From the NCBI GenBank assembly GCA_000182565.2, contig KQ257461.1: a stretch of DNA of 64,000 bases; one strand, written 5' to 3'. The notes below the pieces were generated by a model that did not search any database, was not told the origin of the DNA, and saw nothing but the letters and a program-made list of their open reading frames with translations. The position numbers were made by a program, and so were the translations under genes. This DNA is from Spizellomyces punctatus DAOM BR117. Its lineage: Eukaryota. Position 1 is the first letter of the stretch. Each line of letters opens with the position of its first letter. Positions 24,972-38,024 of the stretch are shown piece by piece.

Positions 24972-26884
24972 ATGGACGAAGAGGAACGAAGCGACCTCGC
25001 AAGCCCCATGGAAGACAACGACCCACCTCAATTCACAGCAAAAGATAATGGTCACTCTATGCACACACCTGATCCTGAATCCAGCCTGCCTGAGCTTGCG
25101 GAGAGTTTGGATCGTGTAGAGGTATTGAAGGGACCAGAAACGAATGCAGAACAACCTGTGGATGACGACGATGTTCCACTTGCGAGACCTCACAATACTG
25201 ATGACGTACCCCCAGCACAGTCGGAAGCACATCAAAGCGTTGCTGCTATTGAGTACTCAGACGACGATGATGATATCCCATTAGCCCAAACTTCGTCGTC
25301 CAAAACAGCGGCGCCAATACTTGCGAGCGACGAGGATGATGATGTTCCTCTGGTCAACCATGTCGCTTCCTCATCATCGCAGCACACCTCATCTCACCAA
25401 TCCAAAGGCAAAGACACGCAACCCATAACTCGCCCATCAGCGAACGCAACATCAAGTATGTCTTCAGCACCCCCAGCATCATCCCTCGCACCATCAATCA
25501 ATTCTCGTCCCTACAGCGATGATGATGAAGATATTCCTCTATCCCAATACACCGGTTCAGATCGTGCATCCTCACATCGGACATTCGCAGAGGACGATAG
25601 ACCCCTTTCTGAATACACACAGTTCTCCGATCGATCCTCATATTACCAAACCCCAACCTCAACCTTCCGCCCAGCTTCCTCCCTCAGGTCCTACGATTCC
25701 CATATATTCGCACACCTAGACAACTTGGTATCATCGCGGATCGCACCTTTTGTTGCCCACATTCAACGGCTCGAGCAACAGGTCCAGTACCTGACCGCCC
25801 AGCTAGCGGAAGTCCAGGAACACGCTCGGCATTACGGCCCACAAGTTCAATTAGGGCCAGGAAAGTTTTTAGCACAAGTGCCTGATCCAGCACTGGAGTT
25901 ATCCAAAAAAGTGTCAAAGGCGCTTACAGGTTTAGCTCAGACGAACCCAATAGCTGCACCAAAGCCGGCTACACTAGGGAGTGGGCTTGTCGCTGGAATG
26001 CCTGTCAAGGTTCATTATGTCGAAAGTGGAGAGTCTGGGTATGGAGGGGGGGCAACAGGGGCACCGCATTTTGATTTGGCTTCCGAGAGAGTCGTTTGTC
26101 CGAAATGTCAAGGTAATACTTGAACGCACCTTGGAACAAACATCTTTTGCGAGTAGATAACATGAATTCTCTTCTTGGATGGTTGCGCAAACAGGCAAGG
26201 GCTGGGAGCACGGCAGTCCTTCAAAGCACAAAACAGCCACAAACGTACGATGCAAGAAATGTACAGACTGTCATGGCAAGTTGTTCAAATATCCTACATT
26301 GCTTCCAAAACCCCCATTTCACTGGACACTAATTTCAATACACATTTACATTATAGAATGCGGTGGATCTGGCATGATTTTCGATAAAAACCTCTGCGAG
26401 ACATGCGAAGGTACGTTGCATTTGCAAGCAAAAAAAAAGCCAACAAACTACAAAAAGCCCCTTACTCAATCATGTCGTTTTTTCTGGGATAACAGCTCGT
26501 GGATTCAGCCATACCGACAAAACATCACCACACGAAGCCCCCTCCACAACAACCCGTTGCCCCACCTGCACCACCTGTCCAACATGCAAAGGAAGAGGTC
26601 TAACAGAAGCACCCCCAATCCTCGCTGCAGAAGCATCATCACAAGAACTTCTCTGGAAACGAAAATCATACGCTATGGGCGCTCTTCCAAAAGTTTCTGG
26701 AGAACTTGAAGCGCAACGGAAATCATTGGCAGTTTCGCTGGATGTCGGTGTTGCAGGCAGTACTGTCGGCGTTGCCAATACTTTTAGTACGTTGATCGAG
26801 CAGGACAAGACTGTGCAGGTTGTGGAACATCCACCCGATAGTAATCATCAACCTCCAGATGGTGAAATTCAAGCTGCACAATGA
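24972..26884 (+). CDS. Protein with acidic DDxPL repeats, a coiled coil and Cys/His (CxxCxGxG) zinc-finger repeats; introns 26114-26194, 26276-26356, 26411-26495
   Basis: Spliced sequence reads CPKCQGKGWEH...RCKKCTDCHECGGSG...CETCEARGFSH...RCPTCTTCPTCKGRG and stays in frame to TGA at 26884. Confidence 0.8.
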
Positions 26885-27362
26885 TGTATGTAATAATTTA
26901 GGAATATCCAAAATATTCTATTAGTTATATATCTTTTTTTCGGCGCTATGTCCGTGTACTTTTTGTATGGTATGCAATGACAACAAGAACATCACTTGGA
27001 CGTCGGAAAATATCCTGCCTTGTTTTTACTTGTTTAACTACTATTTTCTTGCCAACGATTATGACTATTAACAGCTCCCTCTCCTGGTGGTTGAACGAAG
27101 CCTTGAATGGAGATCAATCTGAACAAGTCCACAATGTCGTCCGGGAGAATGCGCCAACATGGAGGAAAGATGCGCCTGTAGTTCACACACTTGTGCGATA
27201 AGAAAATATGTAATCACTATGCCCAACGCTGCTGATGCAAGGGGGGTAATGGTAGTAACCAATGCGTGTCAATGGAATCCAAATCTATATTACAATTGCA
27301 AACTAGAAAAAAATACCCCTCCCCACTACTTTTCAAAAAAAGATATATGCGCAAGAATGCGA

Positions 27363-30359
27363 CTACTGGCATGTAGTCGCTTCACCTCCAACCAGACCGT
27401 CGGGCATAGCAAGCATTCGTTTTTTCAAATTACTCAAAAACTCATCACTAATCCCTTTCTCCAAGTCGCCTTCATCTCCCCCCACAAATGTCTTCATCCA
27501 TTCCTCTGGATTTTCGGAATTCAAACAGGCTTTCCCTTTCATGACCCCCTTGTTGATGACCTGGATGACATCAGCCATGAGGCGACACGCAGGTAGCCGT
27601 TTACCCAAGGCACGCAAAAGTTTGAGGACGCCAAAGAGGTTTTGTTGGGCGGCACTGCATGCCTCCGGCTCGTCTCGAACGCATGCGAGAGCCGACGACA
27701 TGATCAAGATAATGCCCGCTTCAAAAAGCCCCATGGCGGGAAGAAACGTTCCGTAATCCGAGGCCACCCCATCCACTCCACTGATGCTATTGGGGGCCAC
27801 GAGTCGCTGGGCTAAACTACCCAAATCATTGGCTGCTTTTTGAGCTACCGCAATAGCCCTGACACCCATTGGATGTTTCAAGGGACTCAAAAAGGCGGCT
27901 ACCATTCTCGGTCGATAGAGGAGACACATGGCGCCTTGATATAGCATGTAACATGTCACAGCGTGAATTGATGGTGGATCGTCGGAAGCAGGCGATAGCG
28001 CATACGAGTATCGACTTTCAACCAGACGTATACTTGACGGCAAGGTGTGAAACCAGTTCTCCATTTCCGCCTCTAGCACAGTGAGAGCCGGATCCACCGC
28101 GTTGAAATCTACGCCGTCACGGAGAGCTTGACGATTATATTCTACCGCCTATAGGAATCGCCCATCATCAGTACATTGGCAATATAATTTCGGCTGCTAA
28201 TTGGCTGTAGCAAACGTATACCTTAGAATAAATATCCATAAAGCGGAATCCCTTCTCAGCCCATGCCACGTAGCTGCCTCCCTCCATTTGTGGCGGAAGT
28301 TTTCCAATGGCATCCGCGGCTTCCCAGATGGCATCGGCCACGGGGTACTTGACGCTCCCCGGATTTCCCCTAAAAAAGGGTGTCCTCGACAAAACCGTGT
28401 TCTTGATCCTAAGTATCCAGAAGTGGATCAGCTATGAGGTTGATAGACTGTAAAAACCCATGACATCCTTACAGTTCCATCGTGTAAACACACCACCACG
28501 TGCGGCGCCTACTTTCGGCCTCTGCCCAATTTGTTATTCCCAGATCGTCCGGCTCCACGTCCAACCTGATAAACTGCGCCATCCGACATGCCATGCCCAA
28601 GTACATCCAAGCCGTTGACATCAATCCCTGCGCTAAAATGACGATACGCAAATTCGGTGGTCAACAACTCGTCAATCATTTCAGGTTGCATCACCAAGTT
28701 GGCAAACTCACTTATTGATGCTGAAGCAAGGAACAAAATTCCTTGCAAACCGCTCAACGTCGGACACTCCACATGCACAGAAATCAGTTTTCTGGCTCTG
28801 GCATAGAAAAAGGCAAAGGAATTGCGTACAAGCTCGTCACTGGATGCACGGCATGTGGCAGCATACAATGCAAACAAAAGCATCGGCGATTCTTCATGGA
28901 TGTTGCGCATGAGCGTTTCCTTGTGAAGGAAATCAAAGGGTAGAAACGCGGCCCTTCGGCTATCATCAATTACCGTCAGCACCATTTCAGAAGAATCATC
29001 AGGGAAAAAAGGTACGGCACTACGACATACCTAAAGTACAGTTCAAGTAAGTCATATCGTACAACAACTTCATGCAAGTCTGGTAGCATGTCGGACGGGG
29101 GAGGTGGTGGTAAGGCTGGTTGCTGTTGATGCTGAATTGCCGCCGGCTGCGTAATTTTTAAGAAGCGCAATCGATTTGCAAGGTCGCAAAACCATGTTTT
29201 CGAAACGGTCACCGCCGCAGCAACTGATTGAAGATCCATAGGTGGCCCCGGTGGCCCGTCGCTGACCAATTCCATTTCCGAGTCTTCTCGGTCAAACTGT
29301 GTGGCGGGAGAGTTGTGGGGTGACGGCTCGTTGCTCAAGTGACCTGGTTCTTGTTGGGGTGATGGCTCGTTGCTCAAGTAACCTGGTTCTTGTTGGGGTG
29401 ATGGGGACGTTTCAGGCACCGGGGGAGGGGAGCTCGTCGATGATGACGATGAACCCGCAATAGCGGTAGCAAGCATCGCTTCCAAGGCATTCACCCTGTC
29501 CTCAAGTGCCTTCATGTCCCCACCTCGGCGTTTCTTTTCTTTACACTCATTTTGATCACCATTTGCGCTCATCAGTGCAGCAGCTGCCGTCGGATTATCG
29601 GCGTAATATATACACTGTCTCGGTCCTTGCGGAGATCGGGCGCATGTTGAACAGTGAGGCCGCACTCCGTCACATCGGAGCTTCTTGGCTCGACAGGGCT
29701 CTGAAAGAATCGACAAAGACAAGGATTAGTCTTCCATCTCCCCATGGTGCACATGAAGGTAAGCGACAATTACCGCAAGCTTTTCTTCGGGTAGATACGG
29801 GAGGTTTTGGTGGTTTAGAACTATCGCCACTCATAGATTTTCTCTTTGATGAGCCAGAAGTCGGTGGTTTGTCACTGCCAGCATTTGAGACTTTGGGGTT
29901 GCAGTCAGGGCCCAGAGACCGAGCATGCGGCACCGGTAGAGGGTCGTCCTGCGAATAGAGATTCCGCGTTAGCCAGTCTGCCACTTTCAGTTGTCGCACA
30001 CTTCTCAATTTCGCATTCCATCTCATTACCTCCATAGATTGTGCTGCATTAACCCAGTCAAAGCCAAATTCAAACTCCGTCGCTGCATCACCAAAGTGGA
30101 AGTCAGGACCAGCTGCTCGTGTTCCTGCCAAAGGGCTGACGTCTCCAGACATATTTGGAATAGGGGCTGTAGGGGGCGTTCCATCGCTATTAAGCAGTGC
30201 CGCAAATGAAGAATGATCGTCAACAGTGAAAACGGGAGCGAAATCGAGGGAGAAGGAACTGATATCAAAGTCCGACGTCAGGGGAAGGTTAAAACTGGCA
30301 TCTGATCCTAAAGCAGCAGCTACAGAATCGGGAGGGTATCTCAGTGGAAGATAGTCCAT
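27363..30359 (-). CDS. Zn(II)2Cys6 transcription factor with fungal-specific middle homology domain, multi-exon
   Basis: After removing intron 29773-29701: RRKACEPCRAKKLRCDGVRPHCSTC...C. Middle-domain motif AWMYLGMACRMAQ...EAESRRRTWWCVY. Confidence 0.92.
29316..29403 (-). repeat. 39-bp intragenic tandem duplication (PSPQQEPG[Y/H]LSNE)
   Basis: Two near-identical units within the Zn2Cys6 ORF. Confidence 0.85.
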
Positions 30360-30539
30360 TGTGCAATAGGAATCTGCTGGTTGAAAATCACAATGTCCTC
30401 CAGTTCCTGTTTCCTTTTTGACATTCGTTAAGCCACGGAATCCTGTGGGAAATTGGACACGCGAGGGCGGCGTCACATTTCCCAATGACTCACATTTCAA
30501 TCGCAAGTTAACCGCACTATATTCACATTGGAGCCAACT

Positions 30540-31509
30540 TTACAGTTCATCTCGTCCCCCAGGTATGGACTTTACACCGACTCCGCTGTCAAAGCGTCTT
30601 TCAACGTCTGTCCAGTTGACCACCTGCCACCATGCGCTAATGTAGTCCTTGCGTTGGTTTCGGTACTGCTCAACAAAAAACAAATCGTCCGTGCGCAATG
30701 GTCGAAACCCCCGTTACCAACTTTTCCTTGGATCAAAGAATGTAATTGGCCTTTACGTACCTTCAAGTAATATGCATGCTCCCAAATATCTAAAGCTAGC
30801 ACAACCGTCATGTTTCGTCCTTCATAACCAGGTGCAAACTGTGGTACATCTTGATCTTTGGTGACAATGATATCTACTTCATTGGTATCCGGAACATAGC
30901 ACAAAAAAACCCATCCGGACCCAAAGACCGACAGTGCTGCGTTGGTGAAGAGCTGAGTGAAGTTGGATATTGTGTGATACTGCGTGTGTATGGCAACAGA
31001 AAAGGAACTTCCGGGAGAAGGTTGCCGGTTCTCCGAGAGGGGATTCGGGGCGAGATTTGCAAAGTAGATCTTGTGGTTTACTGATGAGAATAGCGTAAGA
31101 TTGTCACTTGCGCATTTTCATTCGAGCATCTCGCGGTCATTTTTGGCTCACCATAACCACCGCCATTATTCCTAATATCTTTCCGAATAGACTCGTCACC
31201 CCACCATCGCGCCCGTTCAACATCACCAGCCTCTTCCAGCGCCAACCTGTTCAACAATGCTTCCACAGTAATCTCTCCTTCATCCTTTAAAGCTCCTTCA
31301 CTGTCAAGTTTTGCCAGTGCGGCGTTCAAATTGTTGGTATATGCTCTGTGGTGTCGGTCGTGATGTATCAGCATGGTCTCAGCATCCAAGTGCGGCTCAA
31401 GTGCATCGTGGGGATACGGAAGAGGCGGAAGGTCATATTGGGGTGCGGTGGTGGCTAGCACAGGCGCAACGAGTACGTAAAAGAGAATGCAGTGGAGGGC
31501 GTTCATCAT
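30540..31509 (-). CDS. Fe/Mn superoxide dismutase (Mn-type signatures) with signal peptide and C-terminal RDEL; introns 31151-31081 and 30760-30666
   Basis: LPPLPYPHDALEPHL, HHDRHH, NNGGGYVNH, VFGSGW, KDQD and DIWEHAYYLKY. The last exon ends ...SIPGGRDEL*. Confidence 0.92.
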
Positions 31510-31893
31510 GATCTTATCTCATAGGTCCGTACTGTGCTGTAGGATAACTCTACTTGCCTGTAACACAAGATGACCAAGCAACGCGATCACCTCAGCTTCC
31601 GTTGAGTAAGAACCTGAGCAAGATAGTTTGCGGGCAGCGAAATCTGCTGCTGGAAGCAATACATGTTGACGCTTGCTCCCAATAATTTGGAGATTTGTGA
31701 CCGTGTGAACAGGTTATCGAACATTAATCGATGATACTCTTTTGATCACGTTTGCATGATATCCTACGACGAGGGCCTAGACGATGTGGCAGACAATAAA
31801 CACAAACTATATATTATATACGCAGAAGCCTGCACATTCTTGCTGCAGGAATGCAGCAGCAGGTGTCCATAACCCACAATACAAATCTCTCCC

Positions 31894-34800
31894 TTAAAAC
31901 GTCTGCGAAATCCGATGTCCTCTCTGCACCCGACTAATACGCCATTCATTAGGCTTCTCATACCGGTTAAACAAAGGTTCCAATCGCTCTTGTCGTTTCC
32001 GTTTACTAATCTTATTCGCATCCGCAGTTTTGAAAAATGCAGGAGCGACTTCCACTAACCATTTTGGCTCAATAGCGACGACTTCTCTCATGTACTCTTT
32101 TGTTGTTAATACCAATTCATGGTAAATGACCCATTCGGGTTGTCGGTTGAAGAGGGCGGAAGATGGGTGAATATATACAGGGGTGGCTTCGACGAGGGTC
32201 TTATATCCTTCTTGGGGATCTTTCTTGGCAGCATGACGGAAAAATCCTCCACAGATGGCTTTTCGCACTTTATTGTAGTTCTTGCCGCAACTGACAATGT
32301 CGTGCCGGTATCGGTCCATGATCCCGAGCAACTGCTTTCGGATATCTTGAGAGCGCCGCAATGAACGGGCCTGGACAAAGTTCTCGTAACACCAGGGATT
32401 TGAGAATTTGCTGGTCTTCCATGCATTGTAGACTGACAAGAGAGTAAGATGGTCGCCTTCCGGTTGATGGAATTTTGCTTTTTTGGAGTCGGCCTGTGCC
32501 TGCTTTTCTTTTGGCCGATACCAAATGTTTTGAACCGAAAGCATCGCCACGACAGTCAAAATCTCTTCCGAACACCCCAAATCTACCGAGAAGATCAACA
32601 TCTTGGCTAGTGATGGCTCAAGAGGGAACTCGGCCATCTTTCGTCCAATACGCGTCAGCAAGCCCTCGTTGTCTAATGCACCGAGCTGGAACAATAGTTC
32701 CATAGCCGTGATCAACGTTTGAACAGGCGGGGGGTCCATGAAATCAAAGTTCAAAAGATCATTGATTCCCATGGCCTTCAACATCAACACAGTGTTTGAC
32801 AAGTTCATTCGCTGAATATCTGGCACTGCATTCGGCAGCATCTCGTTTCTATAAGCAGCCTCCGTATATAGCCTATAGCATTTTCCGGGGCCAGTTCGTC
32901 CAGCACGTCCAGAGCGTTGCCGAGCTTGAGCTTGTGAAATCGGAACGACGACAAGCGCATCCATACCAAGTTTTGGATCGTAGGTATTCTGTTTAACGAA
33001 TCCTGGATCTACCACGTAGTAAATCCCGTCGATGGTAATAGAAGTTTCCGCAATGTTGGTAGCAATGACGACCTTTCGTGCTCCCGGCGGAGCTGGCTCA
33101 AAAATACGTGACTGCATTTCAGAAGGCAACGCAGAGTAGACTGGGAGAATAATCAACTCGGGGACCATGGGCCCAAGGGCTTTCATTCGCTCGTACAGGA
33201 TCTCTGCTGCCGTGTCAATCTCTTCCTGACCAGTCAAGAACAATAGAATATCACCTGGCGGTTCAGAAAGGTGGATTTGCATAACGGTAATGAGTGCACT
33301 ATCAAGGTAATCCGACTCTGGTTCTTTAGCAAACAAGATCTCGACAGGGAACGTTCGACCAGGAATAGTCAGAATCGGACAATTGAAAAAGTATGTCGAG
33401 AACTTTTCAGCATCCAATGTAGCTGATGTGACAATAAGTTTCAGGTCGGGTCGCTGTTTGACGGTCTTCTTTAGCAGTCCAAAAAGAACGTCAGTGTGAA
33501 TGGTGCGTTCGTGCGCCTCATCCAGTAGAAGAACCGAGTACTTGCTCAGCTTGGGATCGATCAAGCATTCACGAAGAAGCATACCATCCGTCATGTACTT
33601 GATTTTGGTTTCAGGGCTCGTGCAGTCTTCAAAACGTATCGTGTACCCAACCTCCTGACCTAATCTGCACCCCACCTCTTCAGCAACGCGCTTTGCAACT
33701 GACATGGCTGCGACACGACGCGGCTGAGTGCATCCAATCATGCCCCGGTTGGCAAAACCTTCTTCAGCAAGATATTGTGTCATCTGGGTAGTCTTTCCGG
33801 ATCCGGTATCTCCAACAACAACAAGGACCTGATTCTCATCCACAGCTTTGACAATGGTCGAACGAAGTTTAAAAATTGGCAGTGATTCTCGTTGCTCCGT
33901 GATCGATAGACTCGTAATCTTTCCAAACGTGGTAGCGTTATTGAACGTTTTCTTCTTCCATTCTGGAACATTATCTTCAGTTCTGCCAAATCCTTTCAGA
34001 TCTTGTGCAAAGTGTCTATCTGACCGGTCAGCCATGGGATCCACCCATGGTCTGTTGAGATCTTTCGGAACAGCATCATACTCTGCTGCTGCCTGCTGCT
34101 GCCGAATCTCCCTCCGTTCTTTGGCCAAGGCTGCCCCAGCCAAAGCCGCTCGGTTCATTGTTCCATCAGGGTTCTTTACAATCTTGATAGGACTAAGTTG
34201 CACACTCTGCTTTGTTTGCCCTTTTAGGAACGATGGTTCTTCGTCCCTAATCTCAATATCCAATTCCTCCTCGGCGTCCTCATAATTTAGCAATCCTTGA
34301 TCTTCATCAAAAGTAGGGTATTCTTTCGGATCGAGCACACCGGATGCAATGAGCTGTTTGATCTCCCATCTTTCTGGAGATGATATACGTTTTACATTTG
34401 GCGTGTGGGTATCGATATCATCCACTACAGGTACTTCGCTAAAAGACGTCAGAATCGGTCGATCAGGATTCCGCATTGCCTCGGCTGCTAGTTCCTCTTT
34501 GGTCTTGATCCTTAAGTGAGGAGTGAGATCCCTTCCACTTTCTTGGTCCACGTCTTTCATCGACAGCCCGATCCTGTTTCCAGCAATAGTCATCACCTTA
34601 ACCTTTACTTTTTGGCCTTTTGAGACGACATCGGACGGATGGACAACCCGCCCAGGGCCAGCCGATAAATTGCTTATGTGCACCATTCCTTCCGCGCGAC
34701 CTCTGATCCCCTCCAGACTAACAAATGCACCAAAGTCCCTAACACCGCTGATTTTTCCATTGTAGATTTTGTAGAGCAGGGGTTCATCATCCAGCCCCCC

Positions 34801-35430
34801 ATATCCCCGATCGCGGTCACGACCTCGGCCCCTGTCCCGCCCCTCATCTCGTCGTCGTGGACTGCTATCCCTTCGACTGCGTTTTGGACTCCGACTACGG
34901 CTTCTACTTCCTTGCCGCTTATATCTACCGGAGCTTTCTCCGTCACCCCTTTTTTCCCTTGCGTTCGCCTCGTCCTTTTTTGAGTGCAAGAACCCTTCCA
35001 ACTCTGCAAGAACATCTTCCGCGACTTTGGTGTCCTCTACCAATTGACTTGCTCTGGTTGGATCATCTGGTATTGCTAATCCAGGAAACTTTGCGAGCTT
35101 CAGCGTCCTATCTTCTCCGTCATCCTGTTCCCAGTCACCACCATTTTCTTCAGGCAACTTTCCCTTTCCTTTTTTCCCCTTCTTTTTCTTCCCATTGCCT
35201 TGGGGTTTCAAGGTTCGAATTAAGCGATCGAGATTTGTCACAAACGATTGAGGGAATTCAGCACCGACATTGTCCAAGCTCTTTTTGAAGTCTTCGACGC
35301 TTTTTGACTGTCCGTGCAGGTCGATAATAAACTCAGCAAGAACCTTGTCGTTGATTCCAGTGTGGTTGAGAAGTTCGCTCGTAATCTTTGATACAAGGGA
35401 GAGATGTTCAAGCTTTTCCAGATCGGCCAT
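31894..35430 (-). CDS. PRP22: DEAH-box pre-mRNA splicing helicase Prp22/DHX8
   Basis: RS-rich region, S1 domain, [25 protein letters not shown] and C-terminal [16 protein letters not shown] in a single 1178-aa ORF. Confidence 0.97.
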   Translation of the reverse strand: MADLEKLEHLSLVSKITSELLNHTGINDKVLAEFIIDLHGQSKSVEDFKKSLDNVGAEFPQSFVTNLDRLIRTLKPQGNGKKKKGKKGKGKLPEENGGDWEQDDGEDRTLKLAKFPGLAIPDDPTRASQLVEDTKVAEDVLAELEGFLHSKKDEANAREKRGDGESSGRYKRQGSRSRSRSPKRSRRDSSPRRRDEGRDRGRGRDRDRGYGGLDDEPLLYKIYNGKISGVRDFGAFVSLEGIRGRAEGMVHISNLSAGPGRVVHPSDVVSKGQKVKVKVMTIAGNRIGLSMKDVDQESGRDLTPHLRIKTKEELAAEAMRNPDRPILTSFSEVPVVDDIDTHTPNVKRISSPERWEIKQLIASGVLDPKEYPTFDEDQGLLNYEDAEEELDIEIRDEEPSFLKGQTKQSVQLSPIKIVKNPDGTMNRAALAGAALAKERREIRQQQAAAEYDAVPKDLNRPWVDPMADRSDRHFAQDLKGFGRTEDNVPEWKKKTFNNATTFGKITSLSITEQRESLPIFKLRSTIVKAVDENQVLVVVGDTGSGKTTQMTQYLAEEGFANRGMIGCTQPRRVAAMSVAKRVAEEVGCRLGQEVGYTIRFEDCTSPETKIKYMTDGMLLRECLIDPKLSKYSVLLLDEAHERTIHTDVLFGLLKKTVKQRPDLKLIVTSATLDAEKFSTYFFNCPILTIPGRTFPVEILFAKEPESDYLDSALITVMQIHLSEPPGDILLFLTGQEEIDTAAEILYERMKALGPMVPELIILPVYSALPSEMQSRIFEPAPPGARKVVIATNIAETSITIDGIYYVVDPGFVKQNTYDPKLGMDALVVVPISQAQARQRSGRAGRTGPGKCYRLYTEAAYRNEMLPNAVPDIQRMNLSNTVLMLKAMGINDLLNFDFMDPPPVQTLITAMELLFQLGALDNEGLLTRIGRKMAEFPLEPSLAKMLIFSVDLGCSEEILTVVAMLSVQNIWYRPKEKQAQADSKKAKFHQPEGDHLTLLSVYNAWKTSKFSNPWCYENFVQARSLRRSQDIRKQLLGIMDRYRHDIVSCGKNYNKVRKAICGGFFRHAAKKDPQEGYKTLVEATPVYIHPSSALFNRQPEWVIYHELVLTTKEYMREVVAIEPKWLVEVAPAFFKTADANKISKRKRQERLEPLFNRYEKPNEWRISRVQRGHRISQTF

Positions 35431-36741
35431 GCTGGGCTAATGGGCGATCAAGGTCCTCGGCTGCTGCAAGAACAACCACTGCGCACACTGTCCACACACA
35501 CACCAGGTTTTCATGCATGACTGTGCCTGTTTACTATGGCTACGCCGCCCATGGATGACTGTGCACTTCATCACCGAATGTTGCCAAGGAAACAGGCTTT
35601 GAATGGGGGCTGCCGATGCGTCGGGCGGTGTTTGGGAGGGTCAACAACTTTCATCACGCGACGTCGTGTTGTGCATCCCCATGGGGGTCAACGTTTTGTG
35701 TTTTGACTTGTCTCAAAACGATGAGTTCATTCCAATTGATCGTTTGTTGGCGTATGGCCCAAAGACCAATGGGGATGGGGGGAGAGACCCTGGGCATCCT
35801 TGAACCATCGTCTTTGGGTGGTCGATGAGACGTACGCAACAAGAAAAAAGACAAGCGGCCCTTTCAATAGCGAACAAGGTGAAATCATATCGTCGGGTGA
35901 CCCGGGGAGACCCTTTGTCCTGTTGAATGGTTCTGTTTTGTTAAAAAGTCAGACAGGAACATTACCACATTTGCGTTTTGTTTATCTTGAAAAGTCACAC
36001 TTGTTTGGGTGGTATGACTGCGAATAGAAGACATTTAGATATTTAATGTGCATGAACCTTTTATCCTTGTGCCCTTTTTTGTCCCATTCCTGCCGTCATC
36101 GTCACTAATCGTCGTCATCATATCCTCTTCGTTCATCGTCGTCGTTGTCGTCGTTCAATAAAAAGAACACCGGCAATAATCTTATAACTAAGCTATATTG
36201 GTCAATATTCAAAATTTAAGGCTTTTGGCGCCGCCCCCCCCCCCCCCCTTTTCGCCGCCGTTTCGTTCAAACAACTGCAACTGCGCTCTCGCTTGCCAAC
36301 AGATTTCCAGCTTTTTTTTTTTGTTAAAGAACACTACACGATTGCCTCAACCAACCACACATAACAACCAACATCGACTTTTGGATATTACCAGTAACCA
36401 GTCGTCCTATTCGTTACGCTGATCCGAACCGATTCACGCCACCGGCATAAACAAAGCACACCTACTGTTTTTGAGGTAAGCATGGCCTGCGATCTGAGTG
36501 GAGCATGTCGAGAGTGAGCAATGGTGGGCTATAGAACTCATCTTGGTGGCGTAGGGATTGGGAGGCTCCTTGTCTGGGGAGATCTGCATGGGTGGGGAAG
36601 TCACTGGCATGCTGTCAACTTTCCTCTTGCTAACGATCCTTGGCTTTAGGTGAAACAGAGAGCGTTACGACCTTCCCTGTCATTGTAGCCTTGACGATAC
36701 CTGGCGTCCGGCAGTGCATGCGTGGGTGCTCATAAAGGCCA

Positions 36742-38024
36742 ATGATTCCTCTACAACGACAGTCATCATCACCGCAGAATTATAATCACAAACCTTCTCA
36801 TCAACAACAACCACAACAACAACAACAGCAGCAACAAGTACAAGCATCCCACAACCAACGAGAATCCCATCCCGCCATGATAATCTCACACCAGCCTTTT
36901 GACGGGCAGGGATTTTACCCGCAGCAGCAGCAACAGCAGCAGCATCCTTCCGTTCGCCTCCCCAACGCACCGTATCATCCACATCCAATGCAAAAGCAAG
37001 CAATGTCCACGATTGACCCTAGTCTGCTGGCCATCAATCAGTTCGGTTCCACGCCTCCTGTGAAACAGGAAGATTCGGGAATGGAGGGTCTCAATGATCC
37101 TTTTGGAAATCTCGGCGGTGAATACGAGTTGGGCAGCGGCCTGGAAGTTGCCGACCCATCCGTCATGATGTCTCCACTATCCAGCTCCCCCCTAGACGAT
37201 CCGGAATTTGGCCCGCGCTCATCGAATTTCACTCCTCATGGATCGGGCTCGTTGAGCACGTCCCTGCACAGCACCCCTTATGGTAAGGCTGCAATGGCCC
37301 GCGGAGGAAATTGTTGATGATGATGGTACTAAATTGGCCGTTGGTAAATATTAGGCACCCCAGGAGTACAGATGCCCCATGGCAACTTCTATTCAATGTC
37401 CATGCCTGTTCATGCTACAAATGGCTTTGGTGCGATGGATCAAGCAAAATTGCTTGGGTCTCAACCCAGCTCATTCTCGGCTTACGGACAGATACCAGAA
37501 ATGATTGACGAATCAAGCTTAAAACAGTGAGTATCCGACAACCTGGCAACATAAAGTGTGAGATTGCAAGAAAAAATTGAGACTAATGCCGCTTTAATCT
37601 TTCCAGATTGGATCAACTTACGGAAAAGCGTCGTCGACGCCGTGAGTCACACAATGCAGTAGAACGCCGGCGCCGCGACAACATCAATGAAAAGATTCAG
37701 GAGCTTGCAACTCTCCTTCCGGACTTTGCTTCTGATTCGCAGAACAAACCAAACAAAGGAGTCATTTTGCGTCGCTCAGTGGAATACATTAAGCAAATGC
37801 AGACATTCGCCACACTTCAAGTGGATCGCAACAGAGAGCTCGAGCAGATTTTGCGGCGCGTACTTGAGCAAACAGGCATCAATGAGGTGGATCTGGGACT
37901 ATCGGTCCCTCTGGGTACTCCAGTGGAAATGCCATCCGTGGCTCCTCCAGGTCCGGGCGAGCAACACGTTGACCACAATTCAATGGAACAAGGGGACTAT
38001 GTGGACATGGGACACGACATGTAA
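36742..38024 (+). CDS. bHLH-leucine zipper transcription factor (MiT/TFE- or Rtg3-like), multi-exon
   Basis: [28 protein letters not shown]...[14 protein letters not shown] with a Gln-rich N-terminus and GT-AG introns. A probable 5'UTR intron lies at ~36476-36649. Confidence 0.9.
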
